A stretch of 64,000 nucleotides of DNA from an uncultured virus (IMG/VR IMGVR_UViG_3300025135_000004) (Duplodnaviria; Heunggongvirae; Uroviricota; Caudoviricetes): the IMG/VR virus record IMGVR_UViG_3300025135_000004; one strand, written 5' to 3'. The first letter of the stretch is position 1. Each line of letters begins with the position of its first letter. Under the pieces are notes generated by a model. That model ran no database searches. It was given only the letters and a program-made list of their open reading frames with translations, and was not told the DNA's origin. Position numbers and translations under genes: made by a program. This document shows, one piece after another, positions 58,708 to 64,000 of this stretch.

Positions 58708-59496
58708 ATGACGCAACGTAAGAGACCAGCTAAAAAACTATCCAAAAGTTCTCAAGATGAAGTTGATGAATACAGAATCACCAAACTTGATAGAACGGTA
58801 TTTAATGAGTTTATAAAACTAAAGGAATTAGATTTTGAGCTTACAAACAAACAAAAACACCTTATTAGAATCCTAAAGACAAATAGCATAATAACCATAA
58901 CAGGACCTCCAGGTACTTCAAAAACATTTATTGCATGTTATGCGGCAATTCAAGAATTTTTTAAGGGAAATTTTGATAAAATAATTTTATGTAAGCCGAC
59001 AGAAGTTCTTTCTGGAACAAGAGACCCTGGAGCCCTACCTGGTTCGCTTGATGAGAAAATGTCTGTCTATGCAGAATCTTTTTTTGATGCATTTGAGGAA
59101 TTTTTGGAACCAAAAGATTTTAGGCAACTCTGGGATTCTAAGGTTATAGAATTTAAACCAGCTCAATTCCTAAGAGGACGTTCTATAAAAAACGCATTTA
59201 TCATAATTGATGAGTTTCAAAATTTTGACTCTAAGGCCCTAAAATCTATTGTGACAAGGAAGGGTAGGAATAGTACTATAGTATTCATGGGAGACACAAG
59301 GCAGAATGATATAAACAAGAAGCATGTTGCTGTAGATGTTTTTAATCAACTCATAAAGGAGATGGGCGAGGGATGTGAAGCTTTTAAATTTGAAAGAGCA
59401 GATATTGTTAGAGACCCAATGCTCATAAAACTAATGGACCTGTGGGAAGAGTTTGAAGATAACGACAAGTGGCCAGATACAATAAAAGGAGCTTAA
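58708..59496 (+). CDS. phoH: PhoH-family ATPase
   Basis: TNKQ, GPPGTSKT, PGALPGSLDEK, FLRGRS, IIDEFQN, GDTRQND, DIVRDP. Confidence 0.9.
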   Translation: MTQRKRPAKKLSKSSQDEVDEYRITKLDRTVFNEFIKLKELDFELTNKQKHLIRILKTNSIITITGPPGTSKTFIACYAAIQEFFKGNFDKIILCKPTEVLSGTRDPGALPGSLDEKMSVYAESFFDAFEEFLEPKDFRQLWDSKVIEFKPAQFLRGRSIKNAFIIIDEFQNFDSKALKSIVTRKGRNSTIVFMGDTRQNDINKKHVAVDVFNQLIKEMGEGCEAFKFERADIVRDPMLIKLMDLWEEFEDNDKWPDTIKGA

Positions 59497-59542
59497 GGGT
59501 AAATTTTTATTTTTTACCCCTATTTATAGAAAAATTACAACT

Positions 59543-59752
59543 ATGAATATAAGCTATTTTGTACCTGGAACTCCAGATGATAAGCCAAAAAGAGAGGATA
59601 AAGGACTAATTAGTCCAAATCAACTTAGGGAGGGCGCTCAAAAGAAGGCTCAAAAAATTGAGCAATCTAAAAACAACACTGGCCTAATGTCTAATAATGA
59701 GAATAGATTATTGACAGATGACGGAAGAGAAATATTTAATGAAAATAATTAA
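59543..59752 (+). CDS. Small late protein (DKGLI/TDDGR family, copy 1)
   Basis: TATTTATA at 59521; shares motifs with the next ORF. Confidence 0.65.
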   Translation: MNISYFVPGTPDDKPKREDKGLISPNQLREGAQKKAQKIEQSKNNTGLMSNNENRLLTDDGREIFNENN

Positions 59753-59755
59753 GTC

Positions 59756-59917
59756 ATGAGTGAAGAAAATAAGAAACCAATCGACAAGGGTTTAATACAA
59801 CCAGAAGACATTAAAACTCCAGCAAAAAAAGTTGATAGGAAAATAAGTCTTAAAAATGATATTGTCGAAAGAGATGGAGAAATCAAAACAGATGATGGTA
59901 GACAACTCTTAAAATAA
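59756..59917 (+). CDS. Small late protein (DKGLI/TDDGR family, copy 2; 53 aa, not in ORF track)
   Basis: MSEENKKPIDKGLIQPEDIK...DIVERDGEIKTDDGRQLLK. Confidence 0.65.
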   Translation: MSEENKKPIDKGLIQPEDIKTPAKKVDRKISLKNDIVERDGEIKTDDGRQLLK

Positions 59918-59934
59918 TTGGCTAAGCCATAAAC

Positions 59935-59965
59935 AAAAAAAGCTCGAATAATATCGAGCTTTTTC
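59935..59965. terminator. Bidirectional intrinsic terminator
   Basis: AAAAAGCTCGA...TCGAGCTTTTT between convergent genes. Confidence 0.8.
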
Positions 59966-59980
59966 TTTTTGTTATTTTTT

Positions 59981-60637
59981 TTATTGAGGATTCTTAATCA
60001 TTTTTTTGATATTCTGAATCTCCATTCCACCATCTACAATTTCTTCGTATCTGTCATTAATCTTTCTGTAAATTTTGAGTTTACCATTTCCTCCGATACT
60101 AAGATTTGGAAGAGAAGCTAAATCACCTGATTCCAGACCAGGAATGTTTGTGGATACAATTCTATAGTTATTTCCATCTTCAACTTGTTTAACCAAGTCA
60201 ATTTTGAATTTTTCTGTCTGAATTCTTAGTGCCCAACCTTTTTTGAAATTTACATTTTCAAACTCAGTCATATTCTGGTTATTAAATACATTTGCTCCTT
60301 TCGCTGCAACATCTACAATTTGACCATGAAGGTCATTTTTCTGTTGATTAAGGAGTTTTATTTTTGTATTGTATCCATTAATAACCTTTGTTAGAGCATC
60401 CATTTGCGCAGACTTAATATCCTTTAGCTCAGAATAATCTTCTTTGCTTATAGCAGACTTTTCTTCGTTATTTAGCTTCTCAAGTTTTTTTTCAAAAAGG
60501 TCAATAACATCGTTAACGTCCTCCATCGAATGTTTAACCTCGGCAGATACGTCCTTTAAAAAAGAAGCCTGAGATTCTTTTATAATTCTCAGGCTCTCTT
60601 TTCTAATTAAATCTCTAATTATTTTTTCCTCATTCAT
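59981..60637 (-). CDS. Probable head-associated coiled-coil protein
   Basis: IIRDLIRKES N-terminus; coiled coil. Confidence 0.55.
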   Translation of the reverse strand: MNEEKIIRDLIRKESLRIIKESQASFLKDVSAEVKHSMEDVNDVIDLFEKKLEKLNNEEKSAISKEDYSELKDIKSAQMDALTKVINGYNTKIKLLNQQKNDLHGQIVDVAAKGANVFNNQNMTEFENVNFKKGWALRIQTEKFKIDLVKQVEDGNNYRIVSTNIPGLESGDLASLPNLSIGGNGKLKIYRKINDRYEEIVDGGMEIQNIKKMIKNPQ

Positions 60638-60654
60638 AAAGAATGTGTATTTTG

Positions 60655-61380
60655 TTATTTTAATTTAGCAAGAGCCTTCATTCTCTCAAGCTCTCTGTCA
60701 AGGGCACTTTTTTGTGCTGGAGTTTTTCCTTCACTAAGTAAAGTAGTTCCTTTTTTAACACTTTCGTTAACGTGTGTATCCTTTTCCATGTAGTCGTTGA
60801 ATCTCGCTTCAGAATCTTGAGCTGGAGTTTCTCCTTCGATTGGCTCTTCAAGGTCTTCGTTAAGCTCTTCGTTGATTTCTTCGCTAAGTTCTCCCTCGCC
60901 TACAACCTCTTCAACTTCCATGTCTTCATCATCAGTCTCTTCAACGTCAAATTCCATTTCATCTCCATCAATTTCCATTTCTTCACCGCCCATTTTAGCG
61001 TCAAGTTCTCTACCAAGTTCAGAAAATTTCATTTCGAAATATCCCATTTCTGGAGCGTCCATTTCTTCTCCACCAAGTTCCATTTCACCTTCGATTTCAT
61101 CATCTTCTTTCAAGTGACTTCCGATTTTCTCGAATTTCTCACCATACTTAACGTCTCCTTTACCAGCACCAGTCCATCCTGTAGACTTTATAGTTTTAGT
61201 TCCAGTAGCTTCAACCTCAGAAAGAGTTGTAGGAAGAGTTTCCAATTCTGAATTGATAGCTTCAAGCCTTGATTTGATTTCATTAGCTCTTGAAGCGTCT
61301 TTTGCCATAGAAGCATACTCCTCTTTAATGATTTGTTCTAACTCGGCTTTTGTTATTTGAAATTTGTTGTCTTTTTTCAT
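60655..61380 (-). CDS. Acidic scaffold-like/head-internal protein
   Basis: FQITKAELEQIIKEEY N-terminus; Glu-rich; C-terminal ELERMKALAKL. Confidence 0.6.
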   Translation of the reverse strand: MKKDNKFQITKAELEQIIKEEYASMAKDASRANEIKSRLEAINSELETLPTTLSEVEATGTKTIKSTGWTGAGKGDVKYGEKFEKIGSHLKEDDEIEGEMELGGEEMDAPEMGYFEMKFSELGRELDAKMGGEEMEIDGDEMEFDVEETDDEDMEVEEVVGEGELSEEINEELNEDLEEPIEGETPAQDSEARFNDYMEKDTHVNESVKKGTTLLSEGKTPAQKSALDRELERMKALAKLK

Positions 61381-61406
61381 GACTATTAGTTTTCTTTATT
61401 ATGTGA

Positions 61407-61769
61407 TTATTTATTATTAGAAATTTGCTTCTTAAGATTTTCTATTTCAGCCTTAAGTTTAGCGTTCTCATCAATGATGTCTTCGTTGATTTTTTCTTTC
61501 TTATCGCTTTCAGAAAATTCTGCTTCTAATCTTGCGATGTTTGAGATGTTTTGGAAATTACTATCAACAAAACCATGCTTGTGAGTATCTGACATATCTC
61601 CTACAAAACCGAAAGAACCAGCCATGCCTAAGCTTGCTTCGTTAAGCGCCTTAAGTTCTTCTTCAATTCTTTTAACGTCTTCATAAAGCTCTTCTTTTCT
61701 CTTAATCCTTAGACCTTCTTTAAGAATCGCTTCTTTAATAGCATTTGGGCTAACCTTTGATTTATTCAT
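61407..61769 (-). CDS. Probable head-internal protein
   Basis: IKEAILKEG, LNE/INE motifs; late motif upstream. Confidence 0.55.
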   Translation of the reverse strand: MNKSKVSPNAIKEAILKEGLRIKRKEELYEDVKRIEEELKALNEASLGMAGSFGFVGDMSDTHKHGFVDSNFQNISNIARLEAEFSESDKKEKINEDIIDENAKLKAEIENLKKQISNNK

Positions 61770-61903
61770 CTTTACTTGTTTTTTAATAAATATTCAAAAA
61801 AATTGATTTTCTCAATTCAATTATTTATTTTTCATTCAAAAGCATTTGCTTTCATATAAATAGAGAGAAAATGTATAAACCAATAATTTTTAAAAATTTA
61901 CGC

Positions 61904-62260
61904 ATGGGAAAGTTAATTAACGCAAGTAAAGAAGAATTTCAACAAATTATAGAATCAGAGAAAAATGTTATTCTCGTAGATTTTTGGGCAAATTGGTGTG
62001 GCCCATGTAGAACACTTGGTCCTATTTTGCAAGATATATCAGATGAGGTTGAAGATGTTACAATTCTTAAGGTAAATGTTGATGAAGGTGAGAATGCAAT
62101 GTTATCTGCTCAATTTGGTATTAAGGGAATTCCTACAGTAATTGTATTTAGGGGCGGTGAGCAAGTTGACAAGTTCGTTGGACTTAGGAAGAAGGATGAG
62201 ATAATATCTGTGATTGAAAAAAATAGAGAAACAAAAGAGGTGGATGAGTCAAAAAATTAA
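61904..62260 (+). CDS. trxA: Thioredoxin
   Basis: LVDFWANWCGPC, KVNVDE, GIKGIPT; start probably ATG 61904. Confidence 0.93.
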   Translation: MGKLINASKEEFQQIIESEKNVILVDFWANWCGPCRTLGPILQDISDEVEDVTILKVNVDEGENAMLSAQFGIKGIPTVIVFRGGEQVDKFVGLRKKDEIISVIEKNRETKEVDESKN

Positions 62261-63101
62261 TGCCATAGTATTCAGTAAAGACAGGCCAGCCCAGTTGAAC
62301 CTACTGCTTGAGAGCATTAAAAAAAATGCCCCAGGAGTATTTGACTTAAATGTAATTGTCAGTCATACAAGCGAGGAATTTGACAAGGGATATGGACGAG
62401 TGATTCATAATCCAGAGTTTTCTGATGTAAAATTTTTCTTTGCAGAATCAGAATTTAAGGAGCAAGTTATGAGGCTTTTAAGTGTCGAGGGCAAGTATTC
62501 TTGCTTTTTTCTTGATGATGACCTTATATACAGAGAAGTTAAACTTGCCGACATTGAAACTCAGCTGGAGCTTGATGATGATGTTGCTTGTTTTTCTTTG
62601 AGACTTGGAGAGAACACAAAGAATTGCTATACGCTTGGGACAAACAATGTGCTCCACGATATGGAGCACGTGCAGAATACCATGAAGTGGGACTGGACTC
62701 TTCACTATCTTGATTTTGGATACCCCTTTGCGATGGATGGGCATATATTTAGAAAATCAGATATTTACAAGCTTGTAAAAAAATCTAAATTTACAGGTGT
62801 TGAGGAGCTTGAGATGGCGCTATTTGATTTTACTGAGATGTTTCCAAGAAATAAAATGGTGTCATATAAGTATAGTGCTCTTGTTGGAGTTCCAATAGGA
62901 AGAGTGCAGCAGTCAATTGATGATGAAATGACCATCGCTCTTCAGGAGAGCAAGGCCAGAGTTATGAGAGTTGAGATGAATAATCAATTCTTGGATAATA
63001 ATTTTATAAGTTTAGAAAAAATAGACTTTTCTGAAATAAATGGATGTCATCAAGATTTAAACCTTGGCGTAAAAATAAAAAAACAGCAAGAAAATGAATA
63101 A
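62244..63101 (+). CDS. GT-A fold glycosyltransferase-like protein
   Basis: AIVFSKDRPAQLNLLLES, FFLDDD (DxD), FSLRLG, YPFAMDGHIF. Confidence 0.65.
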   Translation: MSQKINAIVFSKDRPAQLNLLLESIKKNAPGVFDLNVIVSHTSEEFDKGYGRVIHNPEFSDVKFFFAESEFKEQVMRLLSVEGKYSCFFLDDDLIYREVKLADIETQLELDDDVACFSLRLGENTKNCYTLGTNNVLHDMEHVQNTMKWDWTLHYLDFGYPFAMDGHIFRKSDIYKLVKKSKFTGVEELEMALFDFTEMFPRNKMVSYKYSALVGVPIGRVQQSIDDEMTIALQESKARVMRVEMNNQFLDNNFISLEKIDFSEINGCHQDLNLGVKIKKQQENE

Positions 63102-63726
63102 GATTGAATATACAAACCCTTCGTTTCAAAGGATAAAATCACAACTTGGAGCTCCTTCGATAGATATTGAACTTACGAATGAGCAAATGGCTGACTTACT
63201 TGAAAGTGCTCATAACGCCTTTTACCTGCTTTATGAGTTGGATAAAGTAGAGAGAACAAAATACTTCAAAGACTTCTGGGTTGAGCAATATTTTTTCGCA
63301 CTGTGCAAGGAGGCTCTTGGGAGAGTTAGAGGAAAATTTGACGGAAAACTACCAGTTCCAGGAACAGAATTAAAACTTAATCACAAGGAGTTGTTGGTGG
63401 AGGCAGATAAGGAAAAACAATTCCTTAGATATTTGATGCTTAAGGATAAAAACATTTTAATAGAAAATCAAAAACCAATCTTAGCATTCTATATAAATGT
63501 GAGAAATATGAATGGTGAAGATGTATCAACTTTAGTTGAACAAATCAAAGCGGAGTTCCACAGCGATAATCTTATACAGTATTTTGTTCCGATTAGAGAT
63601 GGTGAAAGCAGAATTGAGTGCGTATACCCAAAATACATTGCAAGCGATGAAGTCAAGAAGGAAATAGAGGAATCTACTTCCTGTTTTAATAATCGAATAA
63701 AAAACTTTGAAGGTAATGAGGAATAA
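63094..63726 (+). CDS. Second, shortened gp13-like neck protein paralog
   Basis: RIKSQLGAPSIDIELTNEQM and WVEQYFFALCKEALGRVRGKFDGKLPVPGTELKLN match both ends of 42589..43788. Confidence 0.75.
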   Translation: MNKIEYTNPSFQRIKSQLGAPSIDIELTNEQMADLLESAHNAFYLLYELDKVERTKYFKDFWVEQYFFALCKEALGRVRGKFDGKLPVPGTELKLNHKELLVEADKEKQFLRYLMLKDKNILIENQKPILAFYINVRNMNGEDVSTLVEQIKAEFHSDNLIQYFVPIRDGESRIECVYPKYIASDEVKKEIEESTSCFNNRIKNFEGNEE

Positions 63727-64000
63727 AATCAAAATAATAATACCATTCTATAATCCAGGGGAATTTTTGGAGCAATGTGTTGCAACTGCAATGTCACAAA
63801 AGTATGACAACTACGAAGTAATATTTATTGACGACATGTCAACAGATGGCTCTTACGATAAATTACCTCATGATAATCCTAAGGCAAAGATTATTAGGAA
63901 CACAATCAGGAAGACAGCTCTTGAAAACATTCACGATGCAATTATGAACCATTGCGAGCCAGATGACATCGTTGTCCTTCTCGATGGAGACGACTGGTTT
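63716..64000 (+). CDS. GT2-family glycosyltransferase (partial; runs off window end)
   Basis: MRNKIKIIIPFYNPGEFLEQCV...IFIDDMSTDGS...VLLDGDDW. Confidence 0.85.
   Translation, partial: MRNKIKIIIPFYNPGEFLEQCVATAMSQKYDNYEVIFIDDMSTDGSYDKLPHDNPKAKIIRNTIRKTALENIHDAIMNHCEPDDIVVLLDGDDWF

Noticed and set aside
1..64000. Stop-codon reassignment as in some large Bacteroidota phages
   Set aside because: Core genes are full length under the standard bacterial code
1..64000. tRNA, rRNA, integrase or transposase genes
   Set aside because: None recognised by eye; a tRNAscan-SE/HMM run would be needed to exclude them fully

Overview
AT-rich segment of a large T4-like ('far-T4'/jumbo-type) myovirus genome. 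The host is probably a Bacteroidota bacterium: there are TTTG-N19-21-TAnnTTTG promoters, no Shine-Dalgarno sequences, a Flavobacterium-type exonuclease-fused DnaE and an Hc1-like protein. The window holds most of the virion morphogenesis module, mainly on the minus strand. This includes a baseplate hub with an M15 peptidase, a gp53-like wedge, a repeat-rich tube-initiator-like protein, the tape measure, two gp26-like proteins, portal, large terminase, tail fibres, tube, sheath, gp13/14/15, major capsid, scaffold and prohead protease. Interspersed are dnaE, RNase H, a GIY-YIG endonuclease, a VWA protein, PhoH, thioredoxin and three glycosyltransferases. The top finding is a plus-strand island at 44.15-46.65 kb in which small ORFs are separated by four attC-like hairpins (TAAC...GTTA). 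Each intervening cassette is bracketed by its own complementary ends, with a conserved 2-nt mismatch, which suggests an integron-like gene-cassette array in a phage. Also notable are a promoter-driven, highly structured non-coding element at 41.65-41.91 kb and a TATTTAT(A/T) putative late promoter, the reverse complement of the T4 late promoter, upstream of about 26 genes. Functional calls come from motif recognition by eye; no database searches were run.
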